Positions 34,853 through 44,245 of a stretch of 62,048 nt of DNA are shown here, piece by piece. Within the stretch, counting starts at the first letter, position 1. Each line of letters starts with the position of its first letter. Under the pieces are notes generated by a model. The model did not search any database and was not told the origin of the DNA. It saw nothing but the letters and a program-made list of their open reading frames with translations. Source of the stretch: Gemmatimonadota bacterium (lineage in GTDB: Bacteria; Gemmatimonadota; Gemmatimonadetes; Longimicrobiales; RSA9); contig JBBDRO010000007.1 of assembly GCA_040905425.1 (NCBI GenBank), forward strand, positions 1 through 62,048, read 5' to 3'. Made by a program: the position numbers and the translations under genes.

Positions 34853-35325
34853 ATCCGGCCGGGACCGGCGGGCCGGCCGGTTGGGTCGCCCTTCCCCCGG
34901 GGGCCGCCCGCCTGGATCCCGCGGGCGTGGCCGCCGTCATCGAGCGCAACGTCTGGGGTGTCCTCACCACTGTGGAGCCGGCCGGCCCCTACGCCGTCCC
35001 CGTCATTTACGGGTGGGACGGCGCGCGTTTCCACGTGGTCAGCCTGCAGGGCCGCAAAGCGGCCAATCTGGACGCCAACGGCGCCACCTGGTTCACCCTC
35101 GTGGAGGAGGACGGCCGGGGGGGACGCCGGGTGGTCATGGGCGCTACCACCGCCGCCTGGACCCGCGGACTGGCTGCGCGCCTGCGCTCCGTGGAAGTGT
35201 TGCGCCGCCAGATGAAGGGGCGCCGGGCCGCCTCGGCGGCCGACGCCGCGCGCATTGCCGCCGCCCGCTTCCTCACGCTCACGCCACGTTCACTCGAGGG
35301 CTGGATCCTGCCACCCCCCTCGTGA
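34849..35325 (+). CDS. Pyridoxamine 5'-phosphate oxidase-like split-barrel protein
   Basis: WGVLTT..PYAVPVIY..GRKAANL; GTGA overlap with the radical SAM gene. Confidence 0.7.
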   Translation: MNPAGTGGPAGWVALPPGAARLDPAGVAAVIERNVWGVLTTVEPAGPYAVPVIYGWDGARFHVVSLQGRKAANLDANGATWFTLVEEDGRGGRRVVMGATTAAWTRGLAARLRSVEVLRRQMKGRRAASAADAARIAAARFLTLTPRSLEGWILPPPS

Positions 35326-35333
35326 GCCGCGCC

Positions 35334-35355
35334 CCCCGCCGGATTCGCGGCGGGG
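35334..35355. terminator. Hairpin between convergent genes
   Basis: CCCCGCCG-gattcg-CGGCGGGG 8-bp stem, no U tract. Confidence 0.4.
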
Positions 35356-35364
35356 AGCGGGGCC

Positions 35365-36270
35365 TCAGCGCAGGCTGATTCCCAGGCGGTGGACGTGCGC
35401 GCCGTCGAAGCGCTGCCAGGCGTAATCCACCGTGAAGCTGTCCAGCGTCACGCCCGCCCCCAGCGTAAGCGGTTCGGCGGCCGGCTCCTCCTGGCCCCGC
35501 CAGCCGGCGCGCGCCGTGAAGGTGCGCCCCTGGATGGGCCAGTAGGAGACCTCCAGTCCGCCCCCACCCACCACTTCCCCGTCGAAGTACGCGGTGGCCG
35601 CCGCGCTGGCCAGCACGTCCAGCGGGCCCACGTTGGCGGTCCGGCTGGAAACCGCCAGGGTGGCCCGCGAGGGCAGGTCCACATCCTCCTCCCCCAACGT
35701 CATGGCGGGGCCCACGTGGTGGGCGGAGAGGCCGAGCCGCACGGGTCCAACGGGCAGCCCCGTGGAGACGTCCAGGGCCGGCCGGACCTGGCGCTCGCCC
35801 TCCGCCCGCCGCTCGATGGCGCTGGCCGCCAGGCCCACGCGTACGCCGAAAAGGCGGCGCGCGGCTCCCACGGTGAGCACCCGCTCCGCCACGGTGCGGG
35901 TGCCCGACCGGTTCAGCCGCTCCGCACCGGTGGCCGCGGCCCCCGGCTCGGTGCCGTAGTCCACTGTGCGCATGCCGATGGCCAGCGGCACTCCGAGCAG
36001 CGAGCCGCCGGCGGCCAGCGTGTGGACGGCCGCGGAGCCGTACCACTGGACCGCGGCGCCCAGCCCTCCGAACGATCCCGCCATGGCGGGGTTGTAGAAC
36101 AGAGCCTCCGGTTCACTCGCGCCGAGCACGTAGGCACTGCCCAGCGCGGCGGCCCGCACGCTCGCGGGCACCTGGGGCAGTAACACGGCGCGTTCGGGCT
36201 GCTGCGCGGCGGCACCCGCCGGCAGCACGGCCAGCAGGAGAAGGGCGGATGTGCGGCCTGAGAATGCCAT
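35365..36270 (-). CDS. PorV/FadL-like outer-membrane beta-barrel
   Basis: Signal peptide, SVRAAALGSAY..ALFYNPA N-terminal signature, amphipathic strands ending HRLGISLR. Confidence 0.7.
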   Translation of the reverse strand: MAFSGRTSALLLLAVLPAGAAAQQPERAVLLPQVPASVRAAALGSAYVLGASEPEALFYNPAMAGSFGGLGAAVQWYGSAAVHTLAAGGSLLGVPLAIGMRTVDYGTEPGAAATGAERLNRSGTRTVAERVLTVGAARRLFGVRVGLAASAIERRAEGERQVRPALDVSTGLPVGPVRLGLSAHHVGPAMTLGEEDVDLPSRATLAVSSRTANVGPLDVLASAAATAYFDGEVVGGGGLEVSYWPIQGRTFTARAGWRGQEEPAAEPLTLGAGVTLDSFTVDYAWQRFDGAHVHRLGISLR

Positions 36271-36496
36271 GCGGAGCGCCCGGTCAGGGTGAACGATGCG
36301 CCCCAAGCTAAGGGGCGCCGGAGGGGGCACAAGCCCCGCGGCCACTATGCTCCCGGTGCCCAACGTTCCCGGTGTGCCGGGCGTCGATGCCGTGGGCGGG
36401 ACCTTACTGCCCGTTCGCGGTGTAGCGTCTTATTCGGCAGGCACCCGTCCATACTCCAAACGACCGGCGTACAGCCGCAGCCATCGGAGGCGTCCA

Positions 36497-37363
36497 GTGT
36501 CCTATCGCCATGCATTAGCCCTTTCCGCGCTACTGAGCACGGCGCTGTCGGGGAGCGCGGCGGCCCAGACCATCCGTGGTCACCTCCTGGAGGAGGGTAC
36601 GGATCGCCCCATCGCCGATGGCGAAGTGGTTCTGGTGAGCGCGAAGGGTGTGGACGTGACCAGCGCCCTCACGGACAGTACCGGCTTCTTCTTCATCCGC
36701 ATCGCCGAGCCGGGGGAGTACATGCTGCGCGGAGAGCGCATCGGGTATCGCGCGGCCCTCAGCCCCGTGGTGTGGATCCCCGAAGGTGACATCGTGGACG
36801 TGGAGCTCCGGCTGGCGGTCAACGCCGTACTGCACGCCCCCCTGACCGTCACCGCCAAGCGGCGGCCGTGGTACGAAGGCGCCAAGTCACCCGTCCTCTG
36901 GCAGTACTACGAGCGCAAGGAGTACTACGGTACGCTGGGGCTCGGCCGCTTCGCCGAGGGTGAGGCCCTCGAGCGGGCCGGCGCCGCCGGCGACGTTGCG
37001 CTGGCGCTGGCCTCGCTGACCGGGGTCCACGCCATGCCGCACCCCACCCGCCCCGGCAGGACGGCCCTCTATACCCGGCCGGGCACGTCCAACTGTGCGC
37101 CCATCATCTATCTGAACGGTACCCGGATTTCGGACCCCAACCGCAGCAACCTGGCCATCGGCCAGACGGGGTCGGGGGAGAACGTACAGGACGTGGTCGT
37201 GGGTACCGCTGGACGTGAGCCGATCGTCATCGAGGACTTCGTTACGGTGGACATGCTCGAGGCCGTCGAGATCTACCGCGGCGCCTCGGAGGTGCCGGCC
37301 GAGTTCGGCGGCCCCGACGCCAACTGCGGCGTCATCGTGTTGTGGACGCGCCGTTCGCGCTGA
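36497..37363 (+). CDS. Secreted carboxypeptidase-regulatory-like domain + TonB plug-like domain, no barrel
   Basis: GGAGG RBS/GTG, AQTIRG, TDSTGFF, ERIGY; C-terminal CAPIIYLNG..LEAVEIYRG..CGVIVLWTR. Confidence 0.75.
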   Translation: MSYRHALALSALLSTALSGSAAAQTIRGHLLEEGTDRPIADGEVVLVSAKGVDVTSALTDSTGFFFIRIAEPGEYMLRGERIGYRAALSPVVWIPEGDIVDVELRLAVNAVLHAPLTVTAKRRPWYEGAKSPVLWQYYERKEYYGTLGLGRFAEGEALERAGAAGDVALALASLTGVHAMPHPTRPGRTALYTRPGTSNCAPIIYLNGTRISDPNRSNLAIGQTGSGENVQDVVVGTAGREPIVIEDFVTVDMLEAVEIYRGASEVPAEFGGPDANCGVIVLWTRRSR

Positions 37364-37398
37364 GGCAAGCAGCGACCGGTAGAAGATGTGCACACTGC

Positions 37399-37434
37399 AC
37401 GAAGGGGGGGCCCCGCGGGGGGCCGCCCCTTCGT
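37399..37434. terminator. Hairpin between convergent genes
   Basis: ACGAAGGGG.GGCCCC / GGGGCC.CCCCTTCGT inverted repeat. Confidence 0.6.
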
Positions 37435-37453
37435 CATGCGTGGCAGCGTGTGG

Positions 37454-40264
37454 TCAGCCGCCGGTCTGCTCGGGCAGCAAAGTGAAGCGCGCGTATTGCT
37501 CCGCGTTCAGATACCGGCGGGCGGCGGCGCGCACGTCCTCCGCGGTGACCTCCTCCACCAGCTCCAGATAGGTGAGCGGTGCCGTCAGCGGCTCGTCCCG
37601 CCGCGCCGCCGTGAGGATCGAGCTGACCCAGTAGCCGTTCTGCTCCAGGGCGGTCTCGTGGGAGCGGCGCTGCATCTCCTTCACGTTGGCCAGCGTCTCC
37701 GCCTCCGGGCCCTCCGTGGCCAGCCGCTCCATCTCCCCGAAGGCCGTGGCCAGCAACTCCTCCACCCGCTCCGGGTCCGAGCCGAAGCTGATGCTCACCT
37801 GGTAGTGCGGGTAGGGTTCGGCCGTGCCGCTCGCGCCCACGCCTACCCCATAGGTCCCACCTTCCTCCTCCCGCATGGCGTCCCGCAGCATGATGTCCAG
37901 CACGCCGCGCAGCGTGGTCAGGATGTGGCGGTTCTCCCGTGAACTCTCGAAGGGGCCGTGGAAGATGAGGCGCGTCTGGGCCCTGGGCTCCACCCCGCGG
38001 CGTACCGTGCGCTCCACCACGCCCTCCGGCGGGCGGATGCCCAGGTCGCGGCCCTCCTCCACGCGCTGGATGGCGGGCAGCGTGGCCAGCCACCGCTCCA
38101 CGAGTGGCCGCACGGCGTCCACTTCGAAGGCGCCCGAGAAGGCGAAGGTGAAGTCGCTGGCGTCAGCCAGGCGGTCCAGCACGAAGGCGTACGCCACGTC
38201 CATCTCCACCGCGTCGAGGTCCGCGACGGTCACGGGCCGCGCCCGCGGATGGTGCCGCGCCATGGTCACCCCGATGGTGTCCGCGAACACCTGCTCTGGG
38301 CTCAGTCCGCGGTTTTCCAGCCCCGGACGGATCTGTGACTTGACGGACTGGAACATGACGCTGTCCGCGCGCTGCCCGGTGAACTGCAGGTGGATGAGCT
38401 GGAAGAGCGTTTCCAGGTCCCGGGGGCTGGCCCTGCCGCCCATGCCTTCCGTGAGGTCACTGAAGCTCGGCTGCGCGGACGCGGCCTTGCCCGTGAGTGC
38501 CTTGCCCAGCTCCACCACCGACATGTCTCCGAGACCGCTCACGCTGGCCAGCACCGGGCCGAAGGTGGCGGAGACGAGGAGGCTGTCGGGGACGAGCGAG
38601 TAGCCGCCCGGGGACGTGGCCTGGAACACCACCTCGTCATCCTTGAAGTCGGTGGGCTTCAGGAAGACGCGGACGCCGTTGGAGAGGCGCCATTCCGTGG
38701 TGCCGATGGCGGCGTGCTCGAGCTCTTCCACGATGGCGCCCAGCGCGGGCACGTCCTCCACGAGCGCGTCATCGGTTGCGGTGTCCACGTAGGGCGCCAC
38801 TTCCGCCGTAGACGCGCGCTCGAAGACCGCCAGCAGCTCCGCCTCGGAGGGCAGGGGGACGTCCTCCTTGGCCGGCGCCTGGAGCGCGATCACGCGGTTG
38901 CCATCACCCACGCGGTCGGCGGCCAGGGCGTTGATCTCCACCAGCGTGATGCCGGGCAGCAAGCGCTGCACGAGGGCGTATTCGGTGGCGATTCCCGGGA
39001 TGGGCTCATCCTCCAGGAAGGCCCGCACGTACTCGCTGGCGTAATTGCCGGACGCCTGCTTCTCACGCTCGTCATACGCCTGCTGATAGCTGCGCAGCAG
39101 GGAGGTCTTCTCGCGCTCGAGTTCGGTGGCCGTGAAGCCGTGCCGCTCGGCGCGCTCGAGCTCCACCAGGACCGCTTCGAGGCCGCTCAGCACCCGCCCG
39201 TCGGCCACGGCGGCGCCCACCTGGAACGCGTCCGCGCCGCGCACCATGCCGCCGCGGCCGGCGCCGGCGCCCAGGTAGGCCGGATCGGCTACCTGCGTGC
39301 CCTCGAAGAGGCGCTGGTTCAGCATGCCGGCCCACAGGCCTTCCAGGAAGGTGGCGCGGTAGTCGGCCACGGTACTTTCGGGCTGTGGCGGCATCAAGCG
39401 GTAGACCTGGACGGCGGTGGTCGTGGCCTCCGCGTCGGAGGCGATCACGGTGCGCGTGCCGTCGTGGTCCGGGATGCCGAAGCGCGGCCGCTCCAGCGGC
39501 GTGGCGGGGCGGGGCAGGCCCCCGAAGCGCTCACGGATGTAGCCCTCCACCTGGTCCGCGTCGAAGTCCCCCACGGCAATGACGGCCATCAGGTCGGGCC
39601 GGTACCACGTTTCGTAGAAGCGACGCAGCGCCGCCGGTTCGAAGCCCTCGAGCGACGCCACGGTGCCGATCGGCAGCCGCTCGGCGTAGCGGGAGTCCCC
39701 GAAGATCACGGGTAGGATCTTGTCCCGCATACGGGCGGCGGCGCCCCGTCCCAGGCGCCACTCCTCCAGCACCACGCCGCGTTCCTTCTCGATCTCCTCG
39801 TCCTCGAAGGTCACGGCGGAGGCCCACTCGCCCAGGATGTCGATGCCCGTCCGGAGCGCGCTCCCCGTGTCGGTGGGTACCGTCAGCATGTAGACGGTTT
39901 CGTCGAAGGAGGTGTAGGCGTTCAGGTCGGCCCCGAAGCGCATGCCGATGGATTCCAGGTAGCCCACCAGCTCCTGCTTTTCGTAGCGCGCCGTACCGTT
40001 GAACGCCATGTGCTCGGCAAAGTGTGCCAGCCCCAGTTGGTCCTCCTCCTCGAGCACCGAGCCGGCGTTCACGGCCAGGCGCAGCTCCGCCCGGTTCTCG
40101 GGGCGCGCGTTGGACCGGATGTAGTAGCGCAGCCCGTTGTCCAGGGTGCCCACACGCACGGCACTGTCGGTGGGCAGGGGGGCGCTCATGGGCAGGTCCT
40201 GCGCGCGCACGGCGGACGTGCTCACGAGGAGCGCAAGCATGGCCATCATGAATCGGCTCGGCAT
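37454..40264 (-). CDS. Secreted M16 zinc protease (PqqL-like)
   Basis: LDNGLRYYI, inverted zinc motif HFAEH, NAYTSFDET, ERGVVLEE, second half LSNGVRV. Confidence 0.93.
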   Translation of the reverse strand: MPSRFMMAMLALLVSTSAVRAQDLPMSAPLPTDSAVRVGTLDNGLRYYIRSNARPENRAELRLAVNAGSVLEEEDQLGLAHFAEHMAFNGTARYEKQELVGYLESIGMRFGADLNAYTSFDETVYMLTVPTDTGSALRTGIDILGEWASAVTFEDEEIEKERGVVLEEWRLGRGAAARMRDKILPVIFGDSRYAERLPIGTVASLEGFEPAALRRFYETWYRPDLMAVIAVGDFDADQVEGYIRERFGGLPRPATPLERPRFGIPDHDGTRTVIASDAEATTTAVQVYRLMPPQPESTVADYRATFLEGLWAGMLNQRLFEGTQVADPAYLGAGAGRGGMVRGADAFQVGAAVADGRVLSGLEAVLVELERAERHGFTATELEREKTSLLRSYQQAYDEREKQASGNYASEYVRAFLEDEPIPGIATEYALVQRLLPGITLVEINALAADRVGDGNRVIALQAPAKEDVPLPSEAELLAVFERASTAEVAPYVDTATDDALVEDVPALGAIVEELEHAAIGTTEWRLSNGVRVFLKPTDFKDDEVVFQATSPGGYSLVPDSLLVSATFGPVLASVSGLGDMSVVELGKALTGKAASAQPSFSDLTEGMGGRASPRDLETLFQLIHLQFTGQRADSVMFQSVKSQIRPGLENRGLSPEQVFADTIGVTMARHHPRARPVTVADLDAVEMDVAYAFVLDRLADASDFTFAFSGAFEVDAVRPLVERWLATLPAIQRVEEGRDLGIRPPEGVVERTVRRGVEPRAQTRLIFHGPFESSRENRHILTTLRGVLDIMLRDAMREEEGGTYGVGVGASGTAEPYPHYQVSISFGSDPERVEELLATAFGEMERLATEGPEAETLANVKEMQRRSHETALEQNGYWVSSILTAARRDEPLTAPLTYLELVEEVTAEDVRAAARRYLNAEQYARFTLLPEQTGG

Positions 40265-40452
40265 GGCTTCTCCGGAGATGCGTGGGGTGTGCACGGGAGG
40301 TGAACCGCGCTCCTGGAAAAATGTACGAGCGTGGCCGTTGGGACAACGGTCGCGGCTACGACATCCTTGTGGCGGGCCGGTCCCAGGGCCTACTCTGGAG
40401 ACGGTCATCCCACCCGCAGGCCATTCCGTCACCCTCGGCACCGGAGGAGTCC

Positions 40453-40749
40453 ATGCTCCCGTGGCTCGCAGCCGTCTGCGTCTTCACCACCCTCTCCGCC
40501 CTCTACCTGGGAGGCTTCCCCCTGCGCATCGAGGGCGGTGGCGCGCGCCAGCTCCTGGGATGGGTGCTGAGCGGGGTGCTCTTCCTGGCGGCGTGGCGCC
40601 TGATCCTGGTCGGCACATCGGCCGTGGCCGGGGAAGCGGGCGCCGTGGTGCTGGCGCTCCTGCTCAGCACCCTCCTGATGCCCGTCCTGACCTGGGCGGC
40701 GTTCCGGCCGCTGGGCGTGCGCATCAGCCGGGTGAAGGCGGGCCATTGA
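40453..40749 (+). CDS. Small 3-TM membrane protein
   Basis: GGAGGAG RBS before ATG 40453, 98 aa hydrophobic, overlaps ferredoxin start. Confidence 0.75.
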   Translation: MLPWLAAVCVFTTLSALYLGGFPLRIEGGGARQLLGWVLSGVLFLAAWRLILVGTSAVAGEAGAVVLALLLSTLLMPVLTWAAFRPLGVRISRVKAGH

Positions 40750-40991
40750 GCGCCGTGGAGGCGCGGGTCATCGGCGGGCTGGAACTGCGCATCGACCGCC
40801 TGCTGTGCGTGGGCTTCGAGGACTGCGTCACGGCGGCGCCCACCCTCTTCCGCATGGGGTCGGACGGCATAGCCACGTTCGTGGACGAGCCGGCGGACGT
40901 GGACGAGGCGGGGCTCGTGGCGGCGTGCCGCTCTTGCCCCGTGGACGCGCTCGAGCTGCGTGACGCCGCCGGCCACCTGCTGGCGCCATGA
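40746..40991 (+). CDS. Single-cluster ferredoxin, probably [3Fe-4S]
   Basis: TTGA overlap; IDRLLCVGFEDC (CxxFxxC) and ACRSCPVDAL. Confidence 0.85.
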   Translation: MSAVEARVIGGLELRIDRLLCVGFEDCVTAAPTLFRMGSDGIATFVDEPADVDEAGLVAACRSCPVDALELRDAAGHLLAP

Positions 40992-41890
40992 GCACGTCGG
41001 AGGGTCCGCGCCGCCTGCGTGGCTACCACGACGTGGCGCACGACACCGGCTCGGGGGTCCTGGAGCAGGTCGTGGCGCAGCGGGAGCGTCTGCGGCGCCG
41101 GCTGGCGGACGTGGGCTGCCTGGTGGCGGTGGCGAGCGGCAAGGGCGGCGTGGGCAAGAGCGCCGTGAGCGCCAATCTGGCCGCCCTGCTGGCGGACATG
41201 GGCCACGCCACGGGCGCCGTGGACGCGGACCTGAACGGCCCGTCGCTCGGGCGCATGCTGGGCGCCGCGGGGGTCACGCTGCGCGTGGACGGGGACGGTG
41301 TGCACCCGGCCGTGGGCAACGCCGGTGCGCGGGTGGTGTCCATGGACTTCCTGCAGGAGGGTGACGCCCCCCTGCGCTGGCGCGGCCCCGGGGGGGACGA
41401 CTTCATGTGGCGCGGCGTGGCCGAGACCGGCACGCTCAGGGAATTCCTGGCCGACGTGGCGTGGGGGACGCTGGATCAACTGCTGGTGGACGTGCCGCCC
41501 GGCACCGATCGCATCCAGCGGCTCCTGGAGCTGGTGCCGCGCCCCCATCTGACCCTGCTGGTGACCACCCCGTCCGAGGCGGCCCGGCAGGTGGTGGCGC
41601 GCTCGGCGCGGCTGCTCCGGGAGGCGGGGGTGCCCCGGGTGGGACTGGTGGTCAACATGGCCTCCTTCCACCCCGCGGGAGAGGCGCCCCGCCCGCTCTT
41701 CGCGGCGGACGCCGCCACGCGGCTGGCGGCGGACACGGGGCTCGAGGTCTGGGCCGAGATCCCCTTCGACCCCGAACTGGCCGCGCTCACGGATGCCGGT
41801 GTGGCGTACGCGCTGGCCCGGCCGGAGGCGCCGGCGGCGCGAGCGCTCCACGCGCTGGCGGTGCGGGTGGCCGCCCTGGAGGACGCATGA
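40988..41890 (+). CDS. Mrp/NBP35/ApbC family P-loop ATPase lacking CxxC
   Basis: SGKGGVGKS, DADLNGPS, WG.LD.LLVDVPPGT, VTTPS, VNM, IPFDP. Confidence 0.88.
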   Translation: MSTSEGPRRLRGYHDVAHDTGSGVLEQVVAQRERLRRRLADVGCLVAVASGKGGVGKSAVSANLAALLADMGHATGAVDADLNGPSLGRMLGAAGVTLRVDGDGVHPAVGNAGARVVSMDFLQEGDAPLRWRGPGGDDFMWRGVAETGTLREFLADVAWGTLDQLLVDVPPGTDRIQRLLELVPRPHLTLLVTTPSEAARQVVARSARLLREAGVPRVGLVVNMASFHPAGEAPRPLFAADAATRLAADTGLEVWAEIPFDPELAALTDAGVAYALARPEAPAARALHALAVRVAALEDA

Positions 41891-42378
41891 AGTTCCTCTG
41901 CCTGCCGTGCGACGAGGTGATGACCTTTGCCGAGCGCCAGCTCCCGGGGGACGGCACCCTGTCGGCGGTCTTCGCGTGTCCCGGCTGCGGGCGCGAGATG
42001 GCCATGCTCGCCAACCCGATGGAGACCCAGCTGGTGAGCAGCATGGGCGTGCAGATCGGTGGCCGGGGGGTGCCCGAGCAGCCGCTCGAGGGCACGCGCC
42101 GCGGCATGGCGGGGGGGCGTCCCGACGCCTTCGAGGAAGTGGCCGAGCCGTCCGCCGCGGCGCCCGAAGTGTCCGCCATGGCGAGCCCACCGGGCGCGGC
42201 CGGCGCCGCGCCGAGCTGGAGTCCCGAGGCCGTGGAGCGGCTGCAGCGCGTGCCGTCCTTCGTGCGCGGCATGGTCAAGCGCATCTACGCGGACTACTGC
42301 CGCGAGCGCGCCATCCCCACCATCACCCCCGAGGTCATGGACCGGGCGCGCACCGATCTGGGGCTGGAGGGGATGTGA
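41887..42378 (+). CDS. Zn-ribbon + PCP_red domain protein
   Basis: CLPC..CPGC N-terminus; C-terminal WSPEAVERLQRVPSFVRGMVKR..ITPEVMDRAR. Confidence 0.8.
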   Translation: MKFLCLPCDEVMTFAERQLPGDGTLSAVFACPGCGREMAMLANPMETQLVSSMGVQIGGRGVPEQPLEGTRRGMAGGRPDAFEEVAEPSAAAPEVSAMASPPGAAGAAPSWSPEAVERLQRVPSFVRGMVKRIYADYCRERAIPTITPEVMDRARTDLGLEGM

Positions 42379-43358
42379 GCGGGGCGTGGACGGAGGCGCG
42401 GCAACAAACTGCGCCGCGGACCGGCCCGCGCGACCGCGCCGCGCCCGGCGCAACCACTCCCGACGCTCTGGTCCGCGCGCGCGCCCTCTCCTTCCGCTAC
42501 CGGCCCGACCGCCCGGCGCTCGGGCCCGTGGAGCTGGCCGTGGCGTCCGGTGACATCGTGGCGCTGGCGGGCCCGAACGGCTCCGGCAAGAGCACCCTGC
42601 TGCGCCTCCTGGCCGGTGACCTGCGGCCCACCTCGGGGATCGCGGTGCGCGCGGCGGCGGCCACCGTAGGATACGCGGCCGACGAGGCAGTTCACCTGGA
42701 CGCCCTCGATACGCGGGAGAACGCGGCGTTCTTTGCCCAAGTGGCCGGCGGCGTCGTGGCGGTGGCGGCGGTGGACCGGCTCCTGGACGTCTTCGGGCTG
42801 GGCGCGGAGGCGGCCACGCCGGCGGCCGAGCTCTCCTTCGGTGGGCGGCGCAAGCTGATGCTCGTGGAGGCCCTGGCCCACGGCCCCGACCTGCTGCTTC
42901 TGGATGAGCCCACGGTGGGGCTGGACGCCGCCGCGGTGGCGGCGCTGGAGGTGGAGCTGCGCGCGGCGGCCGGGGCGGGCGGCGCGGTGGTCATGGCCAC
43001 CAACGACCTGTACGCGGCCGAGGCCCTGGCCACGCGGGTGGTCTTTCTCCACGAGGGACGCGTGGTGGCGGACGCGTCGCCGGATGCGTTGCTCGGCCGC
43101 GCGCGGCGCGCCACCCGCATCGAGGTCACGGCGCCGCCGCCGCGCCCGTCCGCCGTGGCCTTTCCTCCCGGGGTGGCGGCGCTGGAGACGCCGGACGGCT
43201 GGACGCTGGAAGCCACGGCGGGCAGCGCGGCGCTACCCGAGGTGTGCGCTGCGCTGGCCGCCGCGGGCGTGCGGGTCGAGACGCTGCGGGTGCGGCCGCC
43301 GGACCTGGCGGACGCCTTCGCGGCCGTGACGGGCACGGCCTGGCGGGAGAGCGCGTGA
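42375..43358 (+). CDS. ABC transporter ATP-binding subunit
   Basis: GPNGSGKST, LSFGGRRK, LLLLDEPT; start uncertain. Confidence 0.85.
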   Translation: MSGAWTEARQQTAPRTGPRDRAAPGATTPDALVRARALSFRYRPDRPALGPVELAVASGDIVALAGPNGSGKSTLLRLLAGDLRPTSGIAVRAAAATVGYAADEAVHLDALDTRENAAFFAQVAGGVVAVAAVDRLLDVFGLGAEAATPAAELSFGGRRKLMLVEALAHGPDLLLLDEPTVGLDAAAVAALEVELRAAAGAGGAVVMATNDLYAAEALATRVVFLHEGRVVADASPDALLGRARRATRIEVTAPPPRPSAVAFPPGVAALETPDGWTLEATAGSAALPEVCAALAAAGVRVETLRVRPPDLADAFAAVTGTAWRESA

Positions 43359-44110
43359 GTGGTCGCACGGCCGGGCTGGCCTTTGTTCTGGAATGGCGCA
43401 CCGCGCTCCGCCGCCGCCGGCTCCTCGTGCTGAACGTGGCCGTCCCCCTGCTACTCGTGCTGCCCATGGCCACGGCCGGCGCGCCGGCCCATCACGCCGC
43501 GGCCGTCTACGCCGTCCTCTTCGTGCTCTTCGGCACCTTCGGCGCGGCCATCCCCCTGCTGCGCGACGCTGAGCGCGGCGTGGTGCGCCGGCTTCTGGTG
43601 GGCGGGCTGCCCGCCGCCCGCCTGCTGCTGGAGCGTGCGGCCGCCGCCGCCCTCGTGGATACGGCCCAACTGACGCCTGCCGCCGTCCTGGTGCTGGCCG
43701 CGGCCGGCGCCCTCCCCTCCGCGCCGCTGCTCCTGGCGGTGCTGCTGGCCACGTTGCTGCTGGCTAACCTCCTGGGTGTGCTGGTGGCTGCGGTGGCCCG
43801 CTCCGTGGCGGAGGGGGCCCTCTTCGCCGCGGTCACCACGCTACTCCTGCTGCACGCCTCGGGCGTCTTCCGCACGCCCCGCCCTGGCAGCCTGGGGGCC
43901 ATCCTGGAGGCCGCGGGGCCGTTCCGGGCGCTGCACGAGACGCTGCTCGAGGCCGTGGCGGGAGGGGCCGTCGGAGGAGCGGGAATGGCCGTGGGAGGGG
44001 CCGCCGGGGTCGGCGCGCTCGCCCTGGGCCTGGTGGCCGTGGCGGCGCTCACAGGGCTCGCGAGTCCCCGGCTCGCCGCCGCGCTGGCCAGGGCGGACGG
44101 GCGTGGCTGA
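43355..44110 (+). CDS. ABC-2 type permease
   Basis: About 6 TMs, RDAERGVVRRLL motif, GTGA overlap with the ATPase gene. Confidence 0.75.
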   Translation: MSGRTAGLAFVLEWRTALRRRRLLVLNVAVPLLLVLPMATAGAPAHHAAAVYAVLFVLFGTFGAAIPLLRDAERGVVRRLLVGGLPAARLLLERAAAAALVDTAQLTPAAVLVLAAAGALPSAPLLLAVLLATLLLANLLGVLVAAVARSVAEGALFAAVTTLLLLHASGVFRTPRPGSLGAILEAAGPFRALHETLLEAVAGGAVGGAGMAVGGAAGVGALALGLVAVAALTGLASPRLAAALARADGRG

Positions 44111-44215
44111 ACGCCGCTGCCGGGTCGCTCACGCGGGGTTCGTGCGGGCGTCGCGCGAACGCCACGCGGGCGCCACGCGGGCGCGCGTTCGGAGCGGCGT
44201 CTCCGGGCACAACGC

Positions 44216-44245
44216 TTGACACGGTCATGAATCGCTTCCTATCGT
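44216..44245 (+). promoter_or_regulatory. Sigma70-like promoter
   Basis: TTGACA (44216-21), 18-bp spacer, TATCGT (44240-45). Confidence 0.55.
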
